The position numbers and the translations under genes were made by a program. Source: Eledone cirrhosa (Eukaryota). From it: a DNA stretch of 64,000 nucleotides. This document shows positions 11,630 through 23,399 of the stretch, one piece after another (the stretch's first letter is position 1; each line of letters opens with the position of its first letter). The notes under the pieces were generated by a model. That model searched no databases. It had not been told where the DNA came from and saw only the letters and a program-made list of their open reading frames with translations. The stretch covers positions 287,556,001 to 287,620,000 of the forward strand of contig OZ024743.1 in NCBI GenBank assembly GCA_964016885.1, in the 5' to 3' direction.

Positions 11630-13539
11630 ATGGCGGAGCCACGCCCCCTAGAGGCGGGTCTGCTGTCGTGCAACGGCGACTTGAGCGTTGAGAGGAGAGG
11701 TGGGGCGAGGAGCGCCACCAGTACGAGTGTGAGCAGCGACAGTGCCAGCACCAACGGGCCGAGCGGCGCGGAAGGTGGTAACAGCGACAACACCAACACC
11801 AACAAGCCGAACAGCGCAGAAGGTGGTAATAGCGAGAGCACCAACAAAACGAACAGCACAGAGAGTAATAGTAGCGACAGCAGCAGCACCAACAAGGCCA
11901 ACAGCACAGAGGGTAATCACGACACAGGGGAGAACAACAACAGCAATAGCAGCAGCAACACCAACAAGAACAACAACAGTGACAACACCAACAAGAACAC
12001 CTTCGCTGCTGTGGCAGCGGCTAAAAGGAGACCATGCTACAGCATCGACTTAACCAACAGAGAGGAAAAGTTGGCCCAGGCCTGGAAAATCATAAATCAA
12101 GAGCAGACCTGGGCAAACTTAACTGTCCCGGCAGAAGCCATTGAGGCAGTGGAAAAAAGAACGGTGCATTTCAGATGCATCTCAGTAGAGACAAAGAGGG
12201 CAGCGATAATCGCCCAAGCTGATATAGAAGCCGCACTGAAATACATCAGAGAGGACACAGACTTCATAGAGAGGGGCAGGCAATACGGCACCGTTTCGGT
12301 GCTGTTCAAGTCTGAAGCCCTCGCTGTGAAGCATTCAATGACCCCTTGCAAAACCAGCAAGGTCATAATGTACCCCTCCCACATGGGAAAACGAATAGCA
12401 CGTGTGCGCATTCCCAGGATTCCACCAGGACTTGATATGTGGTGGCTTCTGGGTTGCGTAATCGTGGAAGGAACGGATACAGTCCCGGTAGAGGCAACGA
12501 GAACTGCCAGGGACGACTGGTCCGGGGTTGATCTGGAGATACTGCTCCAAATCAGACCCGAAAACGTAAAAGCAATCCCGGACCACATCCGCCTCCAAAA
12601 CGGGAGGGTGTTGCATATAATGACTGAGGGCAAAAGGCCGCATTGTTTCCTTTGTGGGGAAACGACACACTTGCGAGCCTTCTGCCCTCAACTGCCGAAA
12701 AGCGCAAGGGGTCGAAAGATTCCACTGCTGGCGACGCCGGGACAAGGACCACCAGCAACACCGTCAACAATGGAACCACCAAAATTGCACACCCAAGGGG
12801 GAAACGAGGAAAGCTCTCCCATTCCCCCTCCCCCCCAAAATACACACACGAACAAGAACATAAACACTCACTCAGACACAAACACGCTCACAGCCACAGA
12901 CCCCTCATCCTCCAGCAGTGAAGATGAGGGAAAACCAAAGTCCCCCAAAATACAAAAAAACAAAACACAAAAAAAAAGAAATCCACAAAGCACAAACACC
13001 CCCACAAAAAAAATACACACACCACCCACACAAACATTTTCCCCACAGCATCACCAACACAACCACCAAAATCCCCCAAACGCAAACAAGCTAAACAGAC
13101 ACAAGAACAAAAAGACACACAAACATCAGAAACTACAGACACCCCACCCACAACAAACGCAGACACAATAGAAACAACACTAACAAAGCTATCACCACCA
13201 CAATCACACGAACAAATAAAACCCGAGCAACAAAACATTAAAAACTTCGTGCTTGCCAGAAGGGCCAACAAGGAATTGATGGCCCATGTAGCACGAAGCA
13301 CAAACATCGAAAAAGAGGGGGAAACATTTGAAGCGAGCACATTTCGCGTACCAGATAATTTGCTTCTGATGCGAATGTCGCTCGCTTCATACAAAGAAAT
13401 TCGAAAGAGCTTTCCTCGGGATGTGGGAACCCCGAACGTAAAACCCACTTCAAGACTATTAAAGGGGTTCCCAAAAGAAACCCCACAAACCATGGAGGTC
13501 GAACCACCCGACCTTCACAAGACCCCGGAAGGTAAGTAA
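11630..13539 (+). CDS. Tx1-like ORF1 (RNA-binding, zinc knuckle), frameshifted in its low-complexity part
   Basis: EGKRPHCFLCGETTHLRAFCP. ORFs 11630-13171 and 13249-13539 both align with ORF1 of copies C and D. Confidence 0.8.
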
Positions 13540-13568
13540 ACCTTTCCTCTCCCATTCATCCTGCCAGC

Positions 13569-14005
13569 ATGGCCATAAGAGTAGGAAGTTTAAATGTTCG
13601 TGGCCTGGGGTCGCCCTGGAAGCAAGGTCACTTGCTCAACGACCTCAGGTCACTAGGAATGGATGTAATTGCCATCAGCGAGACCAGAATTTCCGACACA
13701 CGCGCACTGGCGCCGATTTTCGACGATTATCAGATCTTTGCATCTGTTAGTCGGCCGGGAATGGGAGGTGGAGTGGCTGTGCTGTTTAGGAAATGTCTGG
13801 ATCTCGAGGTAAGGTCAATCTTCCGGGATCCTGACGGAAAGTTGGTGGTCCTGGACGTGAGCAGTAGCGAAGGTGGTGCCTTTAGACTGGTGGCCGTCTA
13901 CGCCCATACTGGGGCCGGTCGGCCGGACTTCTTTAGGCGCCTGGAAAACTTTCTGCTTACGTCTCGCCCTTTACTGTTAATAGGGGATTGGAATGGCATC
14001 TTAGA
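13569..14005 (+). pseudogene. Truncated APE-type endonuclease (ORF2 N-terminus of copy A)
   Basis: LNVRGL, ISET, GGGVAVL, VYAH, GDWN present; SYLD and TDH missing. Confidence 0.85.
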
Positions 14006-17000
14006 AGAGGAGACTTCCGACAAGCACTCTCCAGGAGGATTTATAAGGACATCCTTCCTGAGGAGGCCACAAGCAGTGAAAAGGATGGAAAAGCCGTCCT
14101 TCCCCCACGAGAAGTAAGGTAAGTGGTCTTTCCCATCTTTTCCACTCCTTTTCAACATGACCTCACTCAGAATAGGCAGCATAAATGCGCGTGGCTTGGG
14201 GTCATCATGGAAGCAGGGCCACCTGCTCAACGACCTCAGGTCACTAAACATAGATGTAGTGGCCATCAGCGAGACCAGAATCTCCGAAGGACAGGCTTTC
14301 GCACCGATCTTCCGCGGCTACGATGTGTACGCATCACCCAGCCGTCCGGGATCGGGGGGAGGAGTTGCTGTGCTTTTTCGGAGAGGTTTGGATCTTGCCA
14401 TACGGGCCATCTTCCTGGACCCAGAAGGTAAGTTGGTGGTGCTGGACGTGACCAGCGGAGACGGGCAAGCTTTCAGGTTAGTGGCCGTCTATGCCCCGAC
14501 AGGAGCAGGGCGGCCTGATTTCTTCCGGCGTCTGGAGACCTTTCTTGGAACGTCCCGCTCTTTAGTGTTAGTGGGCGACTGGAACGGGATCTTAGATGCA
14601 CGCTGGGATTGTGTGGGATTAGTGGATAGGGAAGGAGGGTGCAAGAGTCTCACCAACCTGCTCAGACGTTTTGAACTGTCTGACAGGTACCGAATGGATT
14701 TCCCGAATGTACCAATGTGGACTTGGACAAATCGCATAGGGTCATCCAGATCATATCTAGATAGAGTATTTTGTAGGGAAATAGATAGGTCTAGCATAGG
14801 ATGTCCACAATTCAAGATAGTCAGCTACACGGACCACAAATTCGTGATCTGTGTGCTTGACTTAGATAGGCTTCATAGACGAGGACCCGGCTACTGGAAG
14901 CTAAACGCGTCCTTACCAGCGCGCAAGGCCTACAGAGACCGGATTAGCGAACTAGTTAAGCGGGCGTTGGCGGGGGCCATCGTCAACAACAAGTGGTGGT
15001 TTGCTCTGAAAAGAGCAATTAGAATAGAGTCCATTAGGTTTAGTAAGACTTTAGCAATAGAGAAAAATAGAGCAGAGGGAGAATTAGTTAGAAAATTAGA
15101 TGAGGCGCTTAGCAAAGGCATCGCGACCGACGTACTTGCGGCGAAATTGGCCCTTGACCAATTCTTCAATGCAAAGCACGAAGGCTGCGTTGTCAGAGAT
15201 AGGGTGCGTGCTCTCAGACACGAGGGGACGAAAGCCGTTCAATGGGCCCGAGTGGCGGAGGCGCGTCGTGGCAACAAAGCCACGATCCGGTCTTTGGTGG
15301 ACCACGACGGGCGCATGCTACTCGATCCCGGGCAAATGTGTGAAGCTTTTCAGCGACACTTCGCTCAACTGTTCGGGGGGCAGTGGCGGGCCGGATCGAG
15401 GGATGGACTTTAGTGTCTACCTCGACGGACTGCCGCGGCTTTCGGCCACTGAGGCGGAGTGTTGCGAAAAGCCGATAACAACCGCTGAAGTACGGGAAGC
15501 AATGACTAGTTGCACAAGGGGTAAATCGCCTGGTTTGGATGGTCTGCCCTATGAACTTTACGTACAAATGCCAAACTTGTTTGGAGGCCTCTTGGCGGAC
15601 GTCTACTGCAACTGGCAACAGAACGGGAGAATTCCCAGCTCTGTGAGCCGAGGAGCGGTGGCGCTGCTGAGAAAGGATCCGAACAAGGGGGATAACATAG
15701 ATAATTTTAGGCCCATAACTCTGCTAAACACAGAGTTCAAGATTTTGGCCAAGGTGCTAGCAAAGAGGTTGGCGCTTGTCGTTGGTGGTCTGGTGGGAGA
15801 GGCACAGACATGCGCCATTCCCGACAGATCCATCCACGACAACCTCCACCTCATGCGATACATCGTAGAGAGGGTAGCTAGGGAACCTGGCACGGGTGGG
15901 TCTTTGATCAATTTAGATCAGTCGAAAGCCTTCGATAGGGTCGACCATCGTTACCTAGTGGCAGTCCTGAGGGCGGCTGGCTTTGGGCCCGTCTTCAGAG
16001 GCTGGATCGCTGCCATGCACAGCGACATCTGCTCTGTAGTGAGAGTGAACGGTCACCTTTCGGAACCGTTCAACATCATGCGCTCGGTCCGCCAAGGATG
16101 TCCCCTCTCGTCCCTATTGTACGTATTGACTCTCGAGCCATTACTGCACAAACTGGAGACGTTGAGGGGGGTCCCGCGCGAACTAGGATGCGGAAGATCC
16201 GTGTCAGCATATGCCGACGATGTCACCGTAGTGGTGTCGAACGCCAAACACATCGAGGCGATCGGCACTACACTAAAAGAATACGAAGCGGTGACAGGAG
16301 CAATGATCAACCAGGAAAAGTCAGTGGGCCTGCAGCTCGTCACCTGGAGAGGCAGGTCCATGCCGTCCAACAGCGTCGTCGGGCGCTGGACGGACGGACC
16401 GGTTAAATTGCTAGGGGTCTGGTTCGGTCCAGACCTCCAGACGGACAAAAACTGGGACGAGGTGACGAGCAGGGTGGCTTCTCTCACCCAGAAATGGGCC
16501 GAGAGGAAGCTATCCCTGAAAGGTCGAGCGGAGGTGGCGAATGCGTACATCGCATCCGTCATCTACTACTGCCTGACCGTCGTACCTTGTCCTAAGCCCC
16601 GCCTGACTGCGTTGGAGCGTTTGCTCTTTCGCTTCTTGTGGAAGGGACGCGCTCCGATGGTCAGGCGGTCCATCTGCTGTCAACACCCGCTACGTGGAGG
16701 GCTGGGCATGCCGTGGCTGATGATGCGCAGACACGCGCTCAGGCTACGACATCTCCACCTCTTCCTCGACGGTGATCAGGTGTGGTCGCCGTTTGCAAGA
16801 CACGTTTTTCCCCAGCTCGTCTCCTTGACGGAGCTGCAGTCCTGGGTCAAGCGAAGACCGAGAGGGAGCGCTTGGAGACTGGAATGTCTTCAGGCGCTCA
16901 CAGCCCTCGACCAATCGGGCAATGTGATCGGTGGAAACTCCACCTTGGCGTTCTATAGGGGATTAGTGGAGGGGAAGAGCGACGACGTACTTGGAGAAAC

Positions 17001-17819
17001 TCTAGGCGTCGACGAAAATCAACTAGCCAATCTCTTCGGAAGGACTTTCGGGCCGGGGCCTATGGACAACTTCCAGAAATCCCTGGCCTGGCAGTGCTAC
17101 CGAGGAGCTTTGCCAGTTCGGGATAAACTCTACAGGCATGGAGGTGCCGTCAGCCGGGCATGTCCGAGATGCGCGCAGGGCGACGAAACCGTCCTGCACG
17201 CACTCGTCCAATGTCCGAGCATTGCTGACTTGTGGGTTTATGTCGAACACCTGCTGTCACGTGTAGGACCTATCCAGCTATCAGCTGAGTCCATCGTGAG
17301 GATTGCCCCGCCCCCTTCCTTTAGCCTGGAAGGGCAGGCAGTTTTTATCTGTCTGGTGGCCATGGCGAAAGAGATAGTATGGTGGACACGTTTGAAAGGG
17401 CTGAAGACGAGCACTTACCTCTTCGGTGATGCCCTGATTAACTTTTTCAAATTTCATTTGAAAAGGAAAATCAGGGTAGAGAGGGAAGTGCTCTCTTCCC
17501 AGCATTTTGTTGAAAGATGGGTGAGAGAAGCAAGTATGGCCCGAATGAATGGGCCTTCTCTGAGTATGTGTCTGTAAATTAAAGGTGGAAAACTGGGAGA
17601 GGGCACTTGCCCTGGTGGTCAGGGCCACTGTGGTCTTTTAATGGGCTTTCTCCACAAATGTCCCTTGGAAGTCTCCCCCCTATTGGGGAATTTTTCTTTG
17701 TTATTTTATTTCAACCTCTGTTTTTTTACACGCAGAAATGCCCATTTGTACCGTCCTGTATTGTCCTGTACTGTCCTTAATGTCTACTTTATGTGAACCC
17801 TTGTGGTTAATAAAGAAAA

Positions 17820-17820
<1 letters not shown>
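14006..17820 (+). mobile_element. Tx1-like LINE copy B (5'-truncated in the ORF1 tail, complete ORF2, 3' UTR)
   Basis: 14010-14156 matches 19913-20059 of copy C. Ends AATAAAgaaaac directly followed by (ATT)16. Confidence 0.92.
14157..17577 (+). CDS. Tx1-like ORF2 (APE + RT + CCHC), one frameshift at the G6 run 15375-15380
   Basis: INARGL, ISET, GDWN, SYLD, TDH; KSPGLDG, FRPITLLN, LDQSKAFD, RQGCPLS, YADD; CPRC...HALVQC. Copy C has G5 at this site; removing one G gives 1139 aa. Confidence 0.9.
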
Positions 17821-17868
<48 letters not shown>

Positions 17869-18351
17869 GGCGACCTACGTAGTAAATCGTATCATCGTGA
17901 GATCCGCAAAGGTTTGTTATTTTCAGTTGTTTAAAATTGCCATTCATGGAAAATTTTTATTGTTAACTGTATATAAGTGCACATACATTGTTATCTGAAA
18001 AGGACACCCAAAAAGATTGGGGCCTTGATCCCAAAATTTAAACTTTTATAATTATCAAACAAAAATTTTTCTTTGAAAAATCATGGATGACTCAGAGTCA
18101 CTCCTTCCTCACAAACTAATACCTCACACCAACACCACCATTGTAAATATTACTACGTTTGCCAACACTAAAAATATAAGCAATAGCAATATTTTAAATT
18201 TGTCTCAGGCAGACATTCATTTCCCGCCATTACCAATGACTGCAAGTGTTAAAGCCGCCACCACCACCACCACCACCGCAACAACCACCACCCCACCACC
18301 ACCGCGACAACAGAAACAAGAGAAAAAAATAAATTAACTCGTGATATCGAA

Positions 18352-20025
18352 ATGAATTCAACCAAAATGAACTCTTCCACACCGAACACCACTGACGCCA
18401 CCACCACCACAACTGAAACTAAAATTAATAATAACAAAAATAACGATAACAACAACAGCAACAATAACATTAAGAAAACCACCCTGAATTTTGCCAGAGT
18501 AGCAAAACAGTGCGAAGCATTTCAGGTAACTCAGGAGGAATTAGAAGAAGCCAAAACAATGGTAAAGAAAGATGGGTACAGGGTCAGCCTCACCCCCCTA
18601 ATAAAATGTAGCATTGGCGCCCATGCACCGTGTCTTATCGAACAATTAATATAAAATCGCGCCGAGTGGAACGGGCATCCGAGTCCCAAATCCAAAAAGC
18701 TTTGGGACATATGTGGGCAAAAAACCCCCACATCAGACGTGGGCAGAAATATGGAACCGTGGACGTGTTCTTTGAAATACCACAGGAGGCTAGAGAACAC
18801 TCCATGGCCCCATTAAGAAGTGACGACTTCACACTCGTCCCAAGCTATTGTGGCCAGAGACTCGTAAAGATCAGGGTGACCCACGTTCCACCGGCCATCG
18901 AAATTCCCTGGCTAATAGCTGCCGTCCTCGCCGGCATCGAAGCCAACACCAAGATAATCGAAATAGCGAAAGAAAAGCAGGAGAACTGGTCCGGATCAGG
19001 GATGGAGCTCCTGATCCAAGCGGACCAAAAAAGCATTGAGGAGATACCAGAGGTAATAGACCTCACTGACGGCAGTCACCTCACCCAAATCGTCGAGGGC
19101 ATAAAGCCTAGCTGTGTCGTTTGTGGTGAAGGAACCCACCTAAGGGCTTTCTGCCCTCAGGCTAAAAGGTTGAGGCCACCTCTCTTACCCACCCCAGTGA
19201 CTCAACCATCAACACCACCAGCAGCAGAGATGGCAGCAACAACTGTAGCAGCAACAACAGAAACAACTGTAACAGCAACAACCCCAGCAACAGTAGCAAA
19301 ACCAACACAACCACCACCCAACGCGCCAGAACTAGCACCAGCGCCTACACCATCCACCACGCCACAACCAAAACCAACTCCTGTGGAGGATTTTCCACTC
19401 CCCGGCCTCTCACAACTGGAGACAGATTGTGACGACGAGGAGTGGGAAACGGTATCAGGAAAAAAGAAAAAAAGAAACCAAAAAAATTCTCTTCCCACCC
19501 CCTCCAAAAACAAAATACAGAGAGAAACAAATAAACTATCAAACAAAAAAAGTTAGGACCGATATGCCGCCATCCACACCAGCATCACCAACCCCATCAC
19601 CACAAACACCAACACCATCACCACCATTAACCCCAACACCACCACCACCAACAGCACAAAAGTCACCAAAAAGCGAAACAGAAACAAACCCACAACAAAC
19701 GCAAACAAAACAGAACAACAAAAACGATACACACTACACAGCATTAAATTTGAACAACAACCAATTATTACACTACATCCAACACAACACCAGCATCACA
19801 GAAAAAGACTACACAACAACCCAAAAGTTCACACCACCTCCACACATACAAATCACTCGCATCACACAGAAAACGTACACGACACTAAAACAAAAATTCC
19901 CCAAAGACATCGGAAACTTCCGACAAACACTCTCCAGGAGGATTTATAAGGACATCCTTCCTGAGGAGGCCACAAGCAGTGAAAAGGATGGAGAAACCAT
20001 CCTTCCTCAACGAGAAGTAAGTTAA
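18352..20025 (+). pseudogene. Tx1-like ORF1 of copy C (frameshifted)
   Basis: ORFs 18352-18654, 18630-19556 and 19429-20025 align successively with ORF1 of A and D. Confidence 0.8.
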
Positions 20026-20059
20026 GTGGTCTTTCCCATCTTTTCCACTCCATTTCAAC

Positions 20060-22811
20060 ATGACCTCACTCAGAATAGGCAGCATAAATGCGCGTGGATT
20101 GGGGTCGTCATGGAAGCAGGGCCACCTGCTCAACGACCTCAGGTCACTAAACATAGATGTAGTGGCCATCAGCGAGACCAGAATCTCCGAAGCACGGGCC
20201 TTCGCACCGATCTTCGGCGGCTACGATGTGTACGCATCTCCCAGGCGTCCAGGATCGGGGGGGGGGGGAGGAGTTGCTGTGCTTTTTCGGAGAGGTTTGG
20301 ATCTCGCCATACGGGCCATCTTCCTGGACCCAGAAGGTAAGTTGGTGGTGCTGGACGTGACCAGCGGAGACGGGCAAGCTTTCAGGCTAGTGGCCGTCTA
20401 TGTCCCGACAGGAGCAGGGCGGCCTGATTTCTTCCAGCGTCTGGAGACCTTTCTTGGAACGTCCCGCTCTTTAGTGTTAGTGGGCAACTTTAACGGGATC
20501 TTAGATGCCCACAGGGACTGTGTGGGATTAGCGGATAGGGGAGAAGGGTGTAAAAGCCTCGCAAACCTGCTCAGTCGGTTTCAACTGTCTGAGTGGTACC
20601 GTTTGGATTTCCCGAATGTGCCAATGTGGACATGGACAAATCGCATCGGGTCATGCAGATCATATCTAGAGAGGGTATTTTGTAGGGAAATAGATAAGTC
20701 TAACATAGGCTGTCCACATTTCAAAATAGTCGACTACACGGACCACAAATTCGTGATCTGTGAGGTTGACTTAGATAGGCTTCATAGACAGGGACCCGGC
20801 TACTGGAAACTAAACGCCTCATTAACAGTGCGCGAGGCCTACAGAGACCGGATTAGCGAACTAGTTAAGCGGGCGTTGACGGGGCCATCGCCAACAACAA
20901 ATGGTGGTTTGATCTGAAAAGAGCGATTAGAATAGAGTCCATTAGGTTTAGTAAGGCTTTAGCAATAGAGAAAAATAGAGTAGAGGGAGAACTAGTTAGA
21001 AAATTAGACGAGGCGCTTAGTAAAGGCATCGCGACCGACATACTTGCGGCGAAATTGGCCCTGGACCAATTCTTCAATGCAAAGCACGAAGGATGCGTTG
21101 TCAGAGCTAGGGTGCGTGCTCTCAGACACGAGGGGACGAAAGCCGTTCAATGGGCCCGAGTGGCGGAGGCGCGTCGTGGCAACAAAGCCACGATCCGGTC
21201 TTTGGTGGACCACGACGGGCGCATGCTACTCGATTCCGGGCAAATGTGTGAAGCTTTTCAGCGACACTTCGCTCAGCTGTTCGGGGGCAGCGGTGGGCCG
21301 GATCGAGGGATGGACTTTAGTGTCTACCTCGACGGACTGTCGCGGCTCTCCGCCACTGGGGTGGAGCGTTGCGAAAAGCCGATAACAGCCGCTGAAGTAC
21401 GGGAGGCAATGACTGGCTGCACAAGGGGTAAATCGCCTGGTTTGGATGGTCTGCCCTATGAACTTTACGTACAGATACCAGACTTGTTCGGAGGCCTCTT
21501 GGCGGATGTCTACTGCAACTGGAAATAGAACTGGAGAATTCCCAGCTCTGTGAGGAGCGGTGGCGCTGCTGAGAAAGGATCCGAACAAGGGGGCAGATCC
21601 ATGCCGTCCAACAGCGTCGTCGGGCGCTGGACGGGCGGACCAGTTAAATTGCTAGGGGTCTGGTTCGGTCCGGACCACCAGACGGACAAAAACTGGGACG
21701 AGATGACGAGCAGGGTGGCTTCTCTCACCCAGAAATGGGGAGAGAGGAAGCTATCCCTGAAAGGTCGAGCGGAGGTGGCGAATGCGTACATCGCGCCCGT
21801 CATCTACTACCGCCTGACCGTCGTGCCTTGTCCTAAGCCTCGCCTGACTGCGCTGGAGCGTTTGCTCTTTCGCCTTTAGTGGAAGGGACGGGCTCCGATG
21901 GTCAGGCGGTCCATCTGCTGTCAACACCCGCTACGTGGAGGGCTGGGCATGCTGTGGCTGATGATGCGCAGACACGCGCTCAGGCTACATCACCTCTTCC
22001 TTGACGGTGATCATGTGTGTCGCCGTTTGCTAGACGCGTCTTTCCCCAGCTCGTCTCCTTGACGGAGCTGCAGTCCTGGGTCAAGCGAAGACCGAGAGGG
22101 AGCGCTTGGAGACTGGAATGTCTTCAGGTGCTCACAGCCCTCGACCAGTCGGGAAATGTGATCGATGGAAACTCCACCTTGGCGTTCTATAGAGGATTAG
22201 TGGAGGGGAAGAGCGACGACGTACCTGGAGAAACTCTAGGCGTCGACGAAAATCAATTAGCCCATCTCTTCGGAAGAACTTTCGGGCCGGGGCCTATGGA
22301 CAACTTTCAGAAATCCCTGGCCTGGCAGTGCTACCGAGGAGCTTTGCCAGTTCGGGATAAACTGTACAGGCATGGAGGTGCCGTCAGCCGGGTATGTCCG
22401 AGATGCGCGCAGAGTGACGAAACCGTCCTGCACGCACTCGTCCAGTGTCTGAGCATTGCTGACTTGTGGGTTTATGTCGAACACATGCTGTCGGTCGTAG
22501 GACGGATCCGGCTATCAGCTGAGTCTATCGTGAGGTTTTCCCCGCCCTTTTCCTTTAGCCGGGAAGGGCAAGCAGTTTTTATCTGTCTGGTGGCCATGGC
22601 GAAAAAGATAGTATGGTGGACGCGTTTGAAAGGGCTGAAGACGAGCACTTACCTCTTCGGTGATGCCCTGATTAACTTTTTCAAATTTCATTTGAAAAAG
22701 AAAATCAGGGTAGAGGGGGAAGTGCTCTCTTCCCAGCATTTTGTTGAAAGATGGGTGAGAGAGGCAAGAATGGCCCGTGTGAATGGGCCTACTCAGAGTA
22801 TGTGTCTGTAA
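20060..22811 (+). pseudogene. Tx1-like ORF2 of copy C (frameshifts, stops, ~660-bp deletion)
   Basis: Junction aacaaGGGGGcagatcc at ~21590 joins B positions 15691 and 16353. Confidence 0.9.
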
Positions 22812-23399
22812 ATTAAAGGTGGAAAACTGGGAGAGGGCACTTCCCTGGTGGTCAGGGTCACTGTGGTCTTTTTTAATGGGCTTTCTCCACGAATGTCCCT
22901 CGGAAGTCTCCCCCCCTATTGGAGAAATTTTCATTGTTTCTTTTTTTGTTACATCCTCTGTTTTTGTTTTTTTTACACGCAGAAATGCCAATTTGTACCG
23001 TCTTGTATTGTGCTGTACTGTCCTGTACTGTCCTTAATGTCTTACTTTGTGTAAACCCTTGTGGTTAATAAAGAACGCATTATTGTTATTATACCCTGGC
23101 TACAGATGTTTCTTACTAATGTATCTGCCATAACATCCCATTTAAAATGTTTCCTACTATAAAGAGGTTTTTTTAATATTGTTTTTATTATATATTCTGT
23201 TATATATATTTAAAGACAAAAATGTCTACCTTTTCTAAAGTTAAAAAGAAAATCAAGAAACATAAGAAGCAGAGAAAGTAGACACAACATGCTACAAAGG
23301 TCGATCAAGTATCTCTTATAAAGATTCCTTGCACAGCAAATATTATTGCTACTTTGCGAAAGATGATATCTACTTTGTTTACGTTTTACACGATTTCTT

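Larger units (their letters stand above)
11420..14005 (+). mobile_element. Tx1-like LINE copy A (5' UTR, ORF1, first half of APE endonuclease)
   Basis: Starts directly after (TTA)n. ORF1 has a CCHC knuckle. ORF2 start MAIRVGSLNVRGL...ISET...GDWNGIL breaks off at ~14005. Confidence 0.85.
17869..23078 (+). mobile_element. Tx1-like LINE copy C (full-length ends, defective, RT core deleted)
   Basis: Begins right after (ATT)16. ORF1 pieces at ~18350-20025 (CVVCGEGTHLRAFCP) and ORF2 pieces at 20060-22811 closely match B. Ends AATAAAgaacgc + attattgttatt. Confidence 0.92.
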
